From positions 1 to 64,000 of the forward strand of contig JAZLKX010000025.1 in the NCBI GenBank assembly GCA_045597865.1: 64,000 nucleotides of DNA. Reading direction: 5' to 3'. The notes under the pieces were generated by a model that was not told the DNA's origin, searched no databases, and saw nothing but the letters and a program-made list of their open reading frames with translations. This document shows, piece after piece, positions 20,381-30,714 of this stretch. The stretch is from Bacilli bacterium (GTDB lineage Bacteria > Bacillota_I > Bacilli_A > RFN20 > CAG-826). Position 1 is the stretch's first letter; every line of letters begins with the position of its first letter. The position numbers were made by a program, and so were the translations under genes.

Positions 20381-21227
20381 TATTGGCGAAATCATTGATA
20401 ATCGCTATAACGTTTTAGAACATATTGGAAGCGGTGGAATGGCCGATGTTTTTGAGGCTAAAGATTTAATTAATTCCAACATTGTTGCAATCAAGATTAT
20501 GAAGGATGAGTTAAAAGGCGATAAAAACAATCTCGATTCTTTTAAAAAAGAAGTTAGTGCTTCAGCTTCAATGTCTCATCCAAATATTATGGAAATTTAC
20601 AATGAAGGAGTTCATAACGGTTGTCCTTACATTGTTATTGAATACTTAAAAAACCAAACCTTATTGGACAAGATTGAATATTTTACAAAGTTTACTGTCA
20701 AAGAAGGTTCTCAAATTATGCTTCAACTTTTAGAAGCAATTGCTTACACACATTCACACGACATTATTCATCGCGACATTAAACCACAAAACATTTTCTA
20801 TATGCCAAACGGCACAATAAAACTTGGTGACTTCGGAATTGCTGTAAGCGAAAAAGATGCGGAAAATACCGGAAATATTCAAGGATCTGTGTATTATTTA
20901 GCTCCTGAAGTCTTACTTGGAAAACCATTTTCTGTTGCTAGCGATGTCTATGCAGCAGGTGTAACTTTCTTCCACATTATTACTGGAAAAACTCCATTTG
21001 ACGGAAGCACTCAAGAAATTGCAAATGCTCACATTAAAAATGATTTTCCAAAACCATCTTCTTTTAATTCATCAGTTCCTAAAGAGATTGATGAAATCAT
21101 TTTAAAAGCTACTAAGAAAAATCCAAATGCAAGATATCAATCTGCAAAGGAATTCCAAACAGCAATTTCGAATTATCTTAATGGTATAAAAGAAAAGAAA
21201 AATTTCTTTAGCAGGTTATTCAAATGA
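20373..21227 (+). CDS. prkC: Hanks-type Ser/Thr protein kinase, PrkC-like, kinase domain only
   Basis: IGSGGMADV, VAIK, HRDIKPQN, DFG, YLAPE; ATG 20373 with GGAG SD; no TM or PASTA before the stop. Confidence 0.88.
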   Translation: MINIGEIIDNRYNVLEHIGSGGMADVFEAKDLINSNIVAIKIMKDELKGDKNNLDSFKKEVSASASMSHPNIMEIYNEGVHNGCPYIVIEYLKNQTLLDKIEYFTKFTVKEGSQIMLQLLEAIAYTHSHDIIHRDIKPQNIFYMPNGTIKLGDFGIAVSEKDAENTGNIQGSVYYLAPEVLLGKPFSVASDVYAAGVTFFHIITGKTPFDGSTQEIANAHIKNDFPKPSSFNSSVPKEIDEIILKATKKNPNARYQSAKEFQTAISNYLNGIKEKKNFFSRLFK

Positions 21228-22090
21228 CAGGCAAAGTTTTATCAACAGTTGGCGGTATTTGTAGAGTCTATTCTGATGGAGTAACATATAATGTTATTCC
21301 AAGAGGTATCTTTAGACACGAGAACAAAAACATTGTTGCTGGTGAGAATGTAATTTTCGATGATGAAGAGATGGTTATTCACGCTGTTCTTGATCGCAAA
21401 AATTATTTGATTAGGCCAAGAAGTGCTAATGTTGATTTAATGTTGATTACAATGTCGGTTGTGGAACCAGAACTTTCACAAGAACTTTTATATAAGTTTT
21501 TAACATATGCTAATCTCAACGGAATACCTGCTGCAGTATTATTTACAAAGCTTGATAGACTTACAGATTTTAATGAACTCGATAGACTCACAAATGATCT
21601 TGAAAAATTAGGAATTAAGGTCTTCCGTCTTTCACCTGAAAAAACTGAAGTTATTGAGGATTTGCAGGCGTTTTTAAGCGAAAAAACCACTATAATCATG
21701 GGTCAAACAGGAGTTGGCAAATCTTCAGCCATCAACTTAATTGATCCACAATTTGATAGAAAAATCGGTGAATATTCTAAGGCTCTTGGAAGAGGAAAAC
21801 ATCAAACAAAAGAAGTTATCTTACTTCCATACAAAAATGGTTTCATTGGAGACACTCCAGGGTTCTCATCTTTGGAACTTGAAATTTATAAGGAAGACTT
21901 AGCTCAATATTTCCCAGGTTATAATGAACATTATTTAGATTGTTATTTCTCAAATTGTTTACATCAAAACGAAAAACAATGTAAAATTAAAGAAGAAATA
22001 GAGAAAGGTAACCTTTCGAAGGAAGGTTATGAAGTCTATATTAAATTACTTAACTCACTCGATTACAAACAAGAGAGGTACAAGAAATGA
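21224..22090 (+). CDS. rsgA: Ribosome small subunit-dependent GTPase A
   Basis: TKLD, GQTGVGKSS, GRGKHQT, DTPGF, C-terminal CYFSNCLH...C zinc motif. Confidence 0.96.
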   Translation: MTGKVLSTVGGICRVYSDGVTYNVIPRGIFRHENKNIVAGENVIFDDEEMVIHAVLDRKNYLIRPRSANVDLMLITMSVVEPELSQELLYKFLTYANLNGIPAAVLFTKLDRLTDFNELDRLTNDLEKLGIKVFRLSPEKTEVIEDLQAFLSEKTTIIMGQTGVGKSSAINLIDPQFDRKIGEYSKALGRGKHQTKEVILLPYKNGFIGDTPGFSSLELEIYKEDLAQYFPGYNEHYLDCYFSNCLHQNEKQCKIKEEIEKGNLSKEGYEVYIKLLNSLDYKQERYKK

Positions 22091-22740
22091 AAAACTACAT
22101 AGCACCAAGTTTATTATCGGCAGACAAAGAAAATTTAGAAGCCGAAATTAAGAAAGTTGAAGCTCTCGGAGCAGAGTACATTCATTGGGACATTATGGAT
22201 GGAATTTTTGTTGAAAACAAATCATTCGAAGATAGCGTTGTCGCAAAGTTTCATAATTGCCACAAAATGGTAAACGATGTTCACATCATGGTTGCAGATC
22301 CAAAACATGTTGCTCCTATCTTTATAAAAGCTGGTGCTGATATTGTTACTTTCCACTACGAAGCAGTGGAATGCCCTGTTTGTGCTCAAAAAGTTATTGA
22401 TTTAATTCATGAACAAAAATGTAAAGCTGGAATTTCCATTAAACCAAATACTCCAGTCAGAGTCCTAAAGAAGCTTGTTGATAAAGTTGACTTAGTTTTA
22501 GTTATGTCAGTTGAACCAGGCAAGGGCGGACAAGCCTTTATTCCTAGTGCACTTAAAAAAATTAAAAAACTTCGTAAATGGATTGATAAACGCAATTTGA
22601 ATTGTTTAATCGAAGTCGATGGCGGAATCAATGGTGAAACCGGAAAACTTTGTAGAGAAGCTGGCGTTGATATTTTAGTCGCAGGTTCATATCTTTATGG
22701 ACACGACGATATTAAAGAAAGATTTGAGACTTTAAGATAA
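22087..22740 (+). CDS. rpe: Ribulose-phosphate 3-epimerase
   Basis: IAPSLLSAD, HWDIMDG, DVHIMV, MSVEPG, EVDGGIN. Confidence 0.96.
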   Translation: MKNYIAPSLLSADKENLEAEIKKVEALGAEYIHWDIMDGIFVENKSFEDSVVAKFHNCHKMVNDVHIMVADPKHVAPIFIKAGADIVTFHYEAVECPVCAQKVIDLIHEQKCKAGISIKPNTPVRVLKKLVDKVDLVLVMSVEPGKGGQAFIPSALKKIKKLRKWIDKRNLNCLIEVDGGINGETGKLCREAGVDILVAGSYLYGHDDIKERFETLR

Positions 22741-23417
22741 TGCAATTTACACCTATCTGGATTATTACTTTTTGTGTGTTTCTAGTAAGTGTTTTAGCAA
22801 TCGTATTTTTGGCAAAATTTGCCACAAAACCCGTGGATTCCTATAGTTTTTCGTTCAAAAGAGTGTTTCCTTTTGAAACAATAAACCGTGATCAAAAATC
22901 ACTTCCATATAGAATACTTTTATGTGTTTTTGTGGCGGCAAGTTTTGCTCCACTTTTTAACTTGTTTACAGACTATGGAAGAATTGCAAACATTCAAGGA
23001 ATATCAATTGCAATTTGTTGTATTTATGGATTAGCAGCAATTTGTTTTGCTTTCTTACATTACTTTGATGCCACACACACTCTCGCGCATTTAATATTAT
23101 TTGTATTATTTCTCTGCCTAACCTTACTTGGTAATGCACTTGCTGCTGTTAAAGGTTTTGCTGTTTATGATGTTTATGCAAAACACGATCAACAAATGTA
23201 TGTAGCATTAGTTGGCGGAATTATTTGTGGAGCTTGTGCAATTTGTGGTGCAATTTTATCAGTTAATCCAAAACTTAGAAATTGGCCAAATCTAACAAAA
23301 ACTGATGGTGGTTATGAGCGACCAAAAGTTTTTGTTCTTGCTTTATCAGAATGGTTATCATTCTTCTTATTAGCAATTGGAGAAGCGTCTTACTTTCTAG
23401 TGTTATTAATCAAATAA
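22740..23417 (+). CDS. Hypothetical multi-pass membrane protein
   Basis: 225 aa, about 6 hydrophobic segments; TAATG-coupled to rpe; followed by a terminator. Confidence 0.75.
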   Translation: MQFTPIWIITFCVFLVSVLAIVFLAKFATKPVDSYSFSFKRVFPFETINRDQKSLPYRILLCVFVAASFAPLFNLFTDYGRIANIQGISIAICCIYGLAAICFAFLHYFDATHTLAHLILFVLFLCLTLLGNALAAVKGFAVYDVYAKHDQQMYVALVGGIICGACAICGAILSVNPKLRNWPNLTKTDGGYERPKVFVLALSEWLSFFLLAIGEASYFLVLLIK

Positions 23418-23444
23418 AAAAGGTTCTCACTTGAGAACCTTTTT
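23416..23444. terminator. Bidirectional terminator
   Basis: AAAAAGGTTCTCA-CT-TGAGAACCTTTTT. Confidence 0.88.
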
Positions 23445-23463
23445 ACTACGTAAAACAACTAAC

Positions 23464-23652
23464 TTATTTAGCGTTTTTCATTAATGCACGATGTGCTCTT
23501 GCTGTCATTTTGACAGTGACCATTTTGCCATTAATGTTAATTTTATATTTTTGTAAATTGCCATTCCAAACTCTACGAGTTGCGATCATTGAGTGGGAAC
23601 GTGCGTTTCCTGAGAGTGGACCAACGCCTGAAATTTGACATCTTCTTGACAT
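23464..23652 (-). CDS. rpmB: 50S ribosomal protein L28
   Basis: MSRRCQISG..PLSGN.RSHS...TRR.W..NLQ. Confidence 0.96.
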   Translation of the reverse strand: MSRRCQISGVGPLSGNARSHSMIATRRVWNGNLQKYKININGKMVTVKMTARAHRALMKNAK

Positions 23653-23726
23653 ATAACTTTTCCTCTTTTCTAAAAAGCGAGATATATTTTAACAAAAGAA
23701 ATCATTTATGTAAATAAAGATTTTAA

Positions 23727-24197
23727 TTAGATTTTTTTGTTTGGGAATTTTCTTTGGAATTCTTCTTTAGAGAGCAAGTGAGCTTTCTCAAGTGCCTTTT
23801 CAAAAATAATTCCTTTTTTATCAAATGCAAGGAAGTGATCTCTTCCATCTTTTGTGTAGAAAAGTAGCATCTTTTTCTTGGATGAAAATTCTTCGTCAAT
23901 ATAGATGATATCTGACCAAAAATATTCATTGATTTTTCCCATTTTTGTGTGCACTAATTTTAATGAGGTAACTTCATAAGAAGTTTGTGAGATAGAAAGT
24001 ATACAAAAAAGTACACTGGCAACTGCAAGTGATGGAGTGTAGATTACAAACGATGTATCAGGTGGCCAAATGTGGTCACTTGCAATGCCTTGGAATGAGA
24101 TGAAAAATATTGCCTCAAAAACCACAAAAAGAATCACAAAAATAAGGATGATTCTCCATGGATTTGGATGCAAAATATTTGGATTTTTTTCTTTCAT
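23727..24197 (-). CDS. Hypothetical membrane protein (two TM helices plus soluble C-terminal domain)
   Basis: 156-aa ORF with its own TGGTAAAAT -10; C-terminal Y.WSDI pattern reminiscent of bacterial PH domains (weak). Confidence 0.7.
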   Translation of the reverse strand: MKEKNPNILHPNPWRIILIFVILFVVFEAIFFISFQGIASDHIWPPDTSFVIYTPSLAVASVLFCILSISQTSYEVTSLKLVHTKMGKINEYFWSDIIYIDEEFSSKKKMLLFYTKDGRDHFLAFDKKGIIFEKALEKAHLLSKEEFQRKFPNKKI

Positions 24198-24345
24198 TTC
24201 GTCAATATTTTACCAAAGATTTTGTAAATAAAAAATTGTAATTATTTAAATAATTTTTGTTTGTGCTACAATATATCCGCCTATTAGTGAAAATTAATTT
24301 AAATTAACAAGGTGCAATATCGTATAGAATTGGAGTTAGCAGATT

Positions 24346-26748
24346 ATGAGTTATGAACATTTAAAGATTGAAGCCAAATGGAAAAAGGTTTACGAAGATA
24401 AAAAACCATTCTTTTGTGACACACACGATTTTAGCAAACCAAAGTATTATGTCTTAGACATGTTTCCTTATCCTTCAGGACAAGGTTTACACGTTGGACA
24501 TCCTCTTGGTTATACCGCTAGTGACGTTGTCGCTAGAATGAAAAGAATGCAAGGATTCAATGTCCTTCATCCAATTGGATTTGATGCTTTTGGTTTACCA
24601 GCAGAACAATTCGCAATTCAAAATAACAAACATCCATACGAATTCACCAAGAAAAATATTGATCACTTTAGAGAACAAATCAAAGCTCTTGGTTTTTCAT
24701 ATGACTGGAGCAAAGAAATTGCTACATGTGATCCAAGTTATTACAAATGGACACAATGGATTTTCTCCTTATTATATAAGGATGATTTAGCATACGTCTC
24801 TAACATTCCAGTTAACTTCTGTCCAGAACTTGGCACAGTCCTTGCAAACGAAGAAGTTATTGATGGAAAATCTGAACGTGGTGGTTACCCAGTTATCAAG
24901 ATGCCAATGAGACAATGGGTTTTAAGAATCACAAGATATGCTGATAAACTCATTGAATCTTTAGATACAATTGATTGGCCAAAATCCACATTAGTAATGC
25001 AAAAGAACTGGATTGGTAAATCCTTAGGTGCAGAGATCACATTCAAAGTCGCAGATTCAGATGAATCATTCGATGTCTTCACAACACGTGCGGACACACT
25101 ATTCGGATGTACATATTGCTGTCTCGCACCTGAACACCCACTCGTAAAGAAACTTGCTTCTAAAGAACAAAAAGAAGCTGTTGAAAAATACATTAAAGAA
25201 GTTCAGACAAAGTCTGATATGGAAAGAACTGAACTTAACAAAGATAAAACCGGTGTATTTATTGGAGCATACGCAATTAATCCAATTAATGGAAAGAAAG
25301 TTCCAATTTATGCAGCAGACTATGTCTTATATGGTTACGGAAGTGGTGCAGTTATGGCTGTTCCAACTCACGACCAAAGAGATTACGAATTCGCCAAAAA
25401 ACACGGGCTTGATTTCATTCAAGTTCTTGAAGGTGATGTGTCTGAGCACGCCATGGAAGGCGATGCAAAACACATCAACTCAGACTTTGCAAACGGCTTA
25501 AATATTGCCGATGCAAAGAAAGCAATTATTGCTAAACTTGAAGAAATCGGCGCAGGAAAATCCAAAGTTAACTATAAGTTAAGAGACTGGATTTTCTCAA
25601 GACAACGTTATTGGGGTGAACCAATTCCAGTTGTAACTTTCTCTGATGGAACAACTTATTGTTATGATGCAAATGAACTTCCACTTACACTTCCAGAAAT
25701 GAAAGTTTATGCACCAAGCGGAGATGGAAAATCACCACTTGCAAATGCAAAAGAGTGGTTAAATGTTGAAATTGGTGGTAAAAAAGGTGAAAGAGAAACT
25801 AACACCATGCCACAATGGGCTGGTTCTTGCTGGTACTACATTCGTTATTTAGATCCACAAAACGATAAACAAATTGCGGATCCAGAACTTATCAAACACT
25901 GGCTTCCAGTAGACCTTTATATTGGTGGTGCTGAACACGCTGTTCTTCACTTGCTTTATGCAAGATTCTGGCACAAATTCTTATTTGATAAAGGTGTTGT
26001 CTATTCTGATGAACCATTCAAGAAATTATTCCATCAAGGAATGATTCTTGGAGAAAATAACGAAAAGATGTCAAAATCACGTGGTAACGTAGTTAATCCA
26101 GATGATATTGTTAGAGATTATGGTGCTGACTCACTTCGTTTATTTGAAATGTTTGCAGGACCACTTGAAGAAGGCTTTGCCTGGTCTACACAAGGACTAG
26201 CAGGTGCACGTAGATTCATCGAGCGTGTTTATAGACTTTATACAGATCCAGAGTTCGTTGGTAAGTTCTCTGATGAAAATAGTGGTGAATTAGACTTTGT
26301 CTATAACGCCACTGTTAAGAAAGTTACTAATGATTTTGCAAACTTGCAAATTAACACAGGCATTGCTCAAATGATGATTTTTGTTAATGCTTTATTTAAA
26401 GCAAATTCTTTATACAAGCCTTACATGGTTAACTTCATTAAAATGTTCAGCTGTGTCTGTCCATTTGTTGGTGAAGAATTATTTGAAAGCATTACAGGTA
26501 AGCAACTTGTTGACTACGAAATGTGGCCAACATACGATGAATCAAAACTTGTTTTGAATACTGTTAAGATTGCTGCTTCCGTTAACGGAAAACTCAGAGA
26601 TACATTTGATGCATCAGTGGATGCAAGTGAAGAAGAACTTCAAAAACTTGCTATGGAATGTGAAGGCGTCAAACGTCATACCGAAGGTAAACAAATCAAA
26701 CGTGTTATTGTTGTCAAAGGAAAGATTGTCAACATTATTGCTTTATAA
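24346..26748 (+). CDS. leuS: Leucine--tRNA ligase
   Basis: [14 protein letters not shown] (HIGH), SRQRYWG, KMSKS. Confidence 0.98.
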   Translation: MSYEHLKIEAKWKKVYEDKKPFFCDTHDFSKPKYYVLDMFPYPSGQGLHVGHPLGYTASDVVARMKRMQGFNVLHPIGFDAFGLPAEQFAIQNNKHPYEFTKKNIDHFREQIKALGFSYDWSKEIATCDPSYYKWTQWIFSLLYKDDLAYVSNIPVNFCPELGTVLANEEVIDGKSERGGYPVIKMPMRQWVLRITRYADKLIESLDTIDWPKSTLVMQKNWIGKSLGAEITFKVADSDESFDVFTTRADTLFGCTYCCLAPEHPLVKKLASKEQKEAVEKYIKEVQTKSDMERTELNKDKTGVFIGAYAINPINGKKVPIYAADYVLYGYGSGAVMAVPTHDQRDYEFAKKHGLDFIQVLEGDVSEHAMEGDAKHINSDFANGLNIADAKKAIIAKLEEIGAGKSKVNYKLRDWIFSRQRYWGEPIPVVTFSDGTTYCYDANELPLTLPEMKVYAPSGDGKSPLANAKEWLNVEIGGKKGERETNTMPQWAGSCWYYIRYLDPQNDKQIADPELIKHWLPVDLYIGGAEHAVLHLLYARFWHKFLFDKGVVYSDEPFKKLFHQGMILGENNEKMSKSRGNVVNPDDIVRDYGADSLRLFEMFAGPLEEGFAWSTQGLAGARRFIERVYRLYTDPEFVGKFSDENSGELDFVYNATVKKVTNDFANLQINTGIAQMMIFVNALFKANSLYKPYMVNFIKMFSCVCPFVGEELFESITGKQLVDYEMWPTYDESKLVLNTVKIAASVNGKLRDTFDASVDASEEELQKLAMECEGVKRHTEGKQIKRVIVVKGKIVNIIAL

Positions 26749-26749
26749 T

Positions 26750-27514
26750 ATGAGAAGTTTAAATTTGATTATTGATATTGGAAATAGCACAACAGTTTTT
26801 GGATTATTTGAAAACGAAAACTACGTTGCTCATTTAGTTACCGGAACTCATAGCGATAACGATTCTTCCAAAAAGGAGAAATTCGTTAAGTTTTTAGATG
26901 AACAAAAAGATGCTCAAATTACTAGAGGAATGATATTTTCAGTTGTTCCAAGTATGAACAAAAATGTCGCTAAGCTTGTGAAGAAATTACTTCATTTTAA
27001 CATTCCTGTTTTTGATTGGAAAAACCACGAATATAAGGCAAAAGACCCGAGAATTACCGATAATATTGGTGCAGATTTGCTCGCAGATTTGGTTGGAGCA
27101 GAAAAACTTTATGGCCACCCAGCAATGATTTTTGACCTTGGTACAATTAACAAACTTTTGCTTGTTGATGACAAGGGAATTTTTATTGGCGCTTCATTTA
27201 ATCCAGGTATGGAAATTTCACTCAACTTATTTGCAAACAAAACAGCATTACTACCAGATGTAGAGAAAGCTGAAAAGATTTCTGAAAAAACTGGACTTGA
27301 TACAGTTGAATCAATGAGACACGGAATTTATTGGTCAACTGTTGCATACGTAAACCATGAATTTGAAGCTCAAAAGAAGCTTACAGGTTTACCATTAAAA
27401 TTAATTTTAACAGGTGGCAATTCAAATATTGTTAAAGATGATATTAATGACAAAATATTTGATCCACTTTTAACACTTAAAGGGATGAACTTTATGTTCT
27501 TGGAGGAAAAATAA
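26750..27514 (+). CDS. coaX: Type III pantothenate kinase
   Basis: IDIGNS, SVVP, IGADL, DLGT, LTGG; ATG 26750 immediately after the leuS stop. Confidence 0.9.
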   Translation: MRSLNLIIDIGNSTTVFGLFENENYVAHLVTGTHSDNDSSKKEKFVKFLDEQKDAQITRGMIFSVVPSMNKNVAKLVKKLLHFNIPVFDWKNHEYKAKDPRITDNIGADLLADLVGAEKLYGHPAMIFDLGTINKLLLVDDKGIFIGASFNPGMEISLNLFANKTALLPDVEKAEKISEKTGLDTVESMRHGIYWSTVAYVNHEFEAQKKLTGLPLKLILTGGNSNIVKDDINDKIFDPLLTLKGMNFMFLEEK

Positions 27515-28860
27515 TGAGTTACAAAACACACTTACAATTTTATCATCACGAAATGTTGAAAGAGCTTAAGGACTTCATTAAGATTCCTTCAGTTTATGAT
27601 GAAAGCACAAAAACTAAAACCATGCCATATGGTAAAGATGTTGATGATGCTTTAGCATTTGTTGCATCTTTAGGCGAAAGATATGGATTTAAAGTTGATA
27701 GATGTGATGGTTATGCAACAGAACTCACTATTGGTGAAGGAGATAAAACAATTGGTATCTTCGCACACGCTGACGTTGTGCCTGCTTCAGGCAAGTGGGA
27801 AGGCGAACCGTTCGAACCAAGAATCCACAACGGAAAAATTTATGGTCGTGGAACAAGTGATGACAAAGGACCTATGATTGCAGCATTCTTTGCAACAAAG
27901 GCTCTTGAAAAGAGTGGTTTGCTTAAAAACTTCAAAGTAAAAATCGTTGTTGGTGGTGATGAAGAACGTGGTTCAAGTTGTCTTGATTATTACTTCCAAA
28001 AACTTAATAAATCAGCACCAGATTTTGGCTTTACTCCAGACTCAGATTTCCCATTAATTTATGGTGAAAAAGGCATCAGCGATTTCTTCTGTGAACTCAA
28101 GATGAATTTACCAGGAGTTAAGTCAATAAAAGGTGGTGTTGCAACCAACGCTGTTTGTGATAGAGTTGAGATTGTTTTAGATGATCCTACTGAATTAGAA
28201 AATTACTGCAAATATGGCCAAATTCCATATGAAATCTCCGGTAAAACCTTGATTATTTTAGGAAAATCTGCTCACGGCTCAACTCCAGAATTAGGTGATA
28301 ACGCAGCCTTAAAAACTATGATTGCGTTGGGCAATATTTGTAAGGTTCCAGCCTTATTAAATTTAGGTGAAAAATTATCCGATACAACAGGCAAATCTTT
28401 CAATGGTTATGCTGAATCAAAATTACTCGGCCACACAACATATTGTGTTGGCAAAATTGAGTATGCTGACGGCATGCTTTCATTTACTGTTAACTTCAGA
28501 TATCCAGAGAATGTTGATAGAACTGCCTACATGGTTAACTTTGATAACGAATTTGATACATTAACAATTTTAGGAGAAGAATCTCCATCCTTGCTTTATG
28601 ATCCAGAAAGTCCATTGGTAAGAACTTTGTATAAGGCTTATCGCAAGGAAACACACGATAGAACAAAACCACTTACAACTGGTGGTGGAACTTATGCAAA
28701 GCATTGTAAGAATACAATCGCATTTGGTGCACTTTTCCCAGGAAGAGTTTCGACAATGCATGAACCAAATGAAGAAATGCCAATTAAAGATATTTATAAA
28801 TCTGCAAAAATTTATGCAAGAGCAATTAAGATGCTCGGAAAATTAGCAAATGAGAACTAA
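27514..28860 (+). CDS. pepV: M20 family dipeptidase (PepV/Sapep-like)
   Basis: HADVVP, GRGTSDDKGP, DEE, GKSAHGS, GGGTYA, HEPNE. Confidence 0.9.
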   Translation: MSYKTHLQFYHHEMLKELKDFIKIPSVYDESTKTKTMPYGKDVDDALAFVASLGERYGFKVDRCDGYATELTIGEGDKTIGIFAHADVVPASGKWEGEPFEPRIHNGKIYGRGTSDDKGPMIAAFFATKALEKSGLLKNFKVKIVVGGDEERGSSCLDYYFQKLNKSAPDFGFTPDSDFPLIYGEKGISDFFCELKMNLPGVKSIKGGVATNAVCDRVEIVLDDPTELENYCKYGQIPYEISGKTLIILGKSAHGSTPELGDNAALKTMIALGNICKVPALLNLGEKLSDTTGKSFNGYAESKLLGHTTYCVGKIEYADGMLSFTVNFRYPENVDRTAYMVNFDNEFDTLTILGEESPSLLYDPESPLVRTLYKAYRKETHDRTKPLTTGGGTYAKHCKNTIAFGALFPGRVSTMHEPNEEMPIKDIYKSAKIYARAIKMLGKLANEN

Positions 28861-29467
28861 GTATAAACAATGGGCAGTCGACTATGTCGATGAACACCCA
28901 GAAATCGCAATTCAAAAGATAGATTTAAAAGATCCGTTTTTTACTGAAAAGGATGTTGTTTTTGAGGTTGGTTCTGGAAAAGGTGACTTTATTGCTGCAC
29001 TTTCCTTAAATCATCCAGAGCAAAACTTCCTTGCAATTGAAAGAGTTAAAACGGTTGCAGGAATGATGTCTAAAAAGCTTGTAGAACAAGGAAATAAAAA
29101 CGTTAAAGTTTTTCCTTGGAATGCAGAACTCATCTTTGATGAGATTAAAGAAGGATTCGTTTATTCAATCTATCTTAACTTTGTTGATCCATGGCCAAAG
29201 AAAAGACATGAAAAAAGACGTCTTACTTTCATCACTTTCTTAGAACAATATTATAGAATTTTAAGAAAAGGCGGACGTTTGTATTTTAAATCTGATAACG
29301 ATGGACTTTACGAATTCACAAAAGAAGAAATTGCGAAAACCAAATTCAAAGTAGTTTCGGATGAAGAAGATTATAAATTTGATGCTGAAAATGACTACAT
29401 TACTGAATACGAAAATAAATTCCGTTCGATAGGAAAAAGCATACACAGAATTATTTTAGAAAAGTAG
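28850..29467 (+). CDS. trmB: tRNA (guanine46-N7)-methyltransferase
   Basis: EVGSGKG, NFVDPWPKKRHEKRRLT, FKSD, TEYE. Confidence 0.96.
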   Translation: MRTKYKQWAVDYVDEHPEIAIQKIDLKDPFFTEKDVVFEVGSGKGDFIAALSLNHPEQNFLAIERVKTVAGMMSKKLVEQGNKNVKVFPWNAELIFDEIKEGFVYSIYLNFVDPWPKKRHEKRRLTFITFLEQYYRILRKGGRLYFKSDNDGLYEFTKEEIAKTKFKVVSDEEDYKFDAENDYITEYENKFRSIGKSIHRIILEK

Positions 29468-29479
29468 AGGGTTTGAAAA

Positions 29480-30583
29480 ATGGAATTAGAAATTAAATTA
29501 AAAGAAGAAGGCAAAATTTCTAGATTAACAAACAAAACTTTTAACTTTGATCCAAGATTAAAAGAAGGATTTTTTGCAGCCAATTATTTCTTAAAATCCC
29601 GCAAAATAGTGGAGAAATACGCAGGAAATCACATAGTTACCATGCAATTTTTCCAAAGAAGAGACGATTCAAAACTTTGTGGTGTTGATGAAGCAATTGC
29701 TCTTATTCACGAGTATGCTATTCACCCAGAAGAATTAGAAATTGTTGCTCTTCATGATGGCGATATTATTCAAGCAAACGAACCAGTTTTAAAGATTACT
29801 GGAAAATATGAAAACTTTGGATTCCTCGAATCAATGATTGATGGAATTCTTGCACGTAGAACTTCAGTTTGCACCAACGTATATAACGTTATGAAAGCCT
29901 TAAATGGAGCAGCAGACATTTTCTCAATGGCAGATAGACAAGATGATTATCACACTCAAATCGGTGATGGTTATGCAACTTACGTTGCAGGTATTAGAAA
30001 AGTTTCAACTGACGCACAAGGTTTGTGGTGGGGTGGACATGGCGTTGGCACAATGCCACACGCACTTATTCAAGTTTGCGGAGGAGACATTTGCAAAGCT
30101 GCAGATTTATATCACAAAACTTTCCCAGATGAAAAAGTTACGGCACTTATTGACTACAATAACAATGTTGTTCATGATTCAGTCATGCTTGCAAAACATT
30201 TAGGCGAAACTTTAAGAGCAGTTCGTGTTGATACATCAAAGTCATTAATTGATCATTATTTTGACGATAAAGACACAAGAGGATTTGACCCACATGGTGT
30301 TTGCAAGGAACTTATTTTTGCATTAAGAAAGGCGCTCGATGACAATGGATTTAACTTTGTTAAAATTATTGTTTCATCTTCATTCACAGCAGAAAAGATT
30401 GCAGAGTGGGTTAAGCTTGGTGTTCCAGTAGATACTTATGGCGTTGGAACTTCTTTTGTAAACAACATGACATGCGGTTTCACAGGCGACTTAGTTATGC
30501 TTGATGGAAAGAAGCAGGCAAAGGAAGGCAGAGAGAACATTCCTTCTAATAGATTAGAAAAAGTTCCATACCCAATTTACTAA
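29480..30583 (+). CDS. pncB: Nicotinate phosphoribosyltransferase
   Basis: GTMPHALIQ, ALIDYNN, VRVDTS, YGVGT motifs. Confidence 0.88.
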   Translation: MELEIKLKEEGKISRLTNKTFNFDPRLKEGFFAANYFLKSRKIVEKYAGNHIVTMQFFQRRDDSKLCGVDEAIALIHEYAIHPEELEIVALHDGDIIQANEPVLKITGKYENFGFLESMIDGILARRTSVCTNVYNVMKALNGAADIFSMADRQDDYHTQIGDGYATYVAGIRKVSTDAQGLWWGGHGVGTMPHALIQVCGGDICKAADLYHKTFPDEKVTALIDYNNNVVHDSVMLAKHLGETLRAVRVDTSKSLIDHYFDDKDTRGFDPHGVCKELIFALRKALDDNGFNFVKIIVSSSFTAEKIAEWVKLGVPVDTYGVGTSFVNNMTCGFTGDLVMLDGKKQAKEGRENIPSNRLEKVPYPIY

Positions 30584-30608
30584 TATTTTCATTGCTTACA
30601 TTTTAGAT

Positions 30609-30635
30609 AAGGGAACAAAGTTCCCTTTTCTTTTT
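30609..30635 (+). terminator. Terminator after pncB
   Basis: AAGGGAAC-AAA-GTTCCCTT followed by TTCTTTTT. Confidence 0.8.
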
Positions 30636-30714
30636 GTTTATGAAAATCTATGAAAATGCATCTTGTAAGTTATATATCATTCATTTATAATGAAAAACGT
30701 TTCGGAGGCCATTT

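Noticed and set aside
26570-26749. N-terminal extensions in the ORF track for coaX (also prkC 20319, atpF 10087, atpI 8636, nrnA 55119, kinase 7264)
   Set aside because: They overlap upstream genes or promoters; downstream ATGs match family N-termini and have SD, coupling or promoter support.
30691-30705. Possible autoregulatory cre upstream of ccpA (TGAAAAACGTTTCGG)
   Set aside because: AAACGTTT core is present but the flanks are out of register with the 14-bp consensus; too weak to call.
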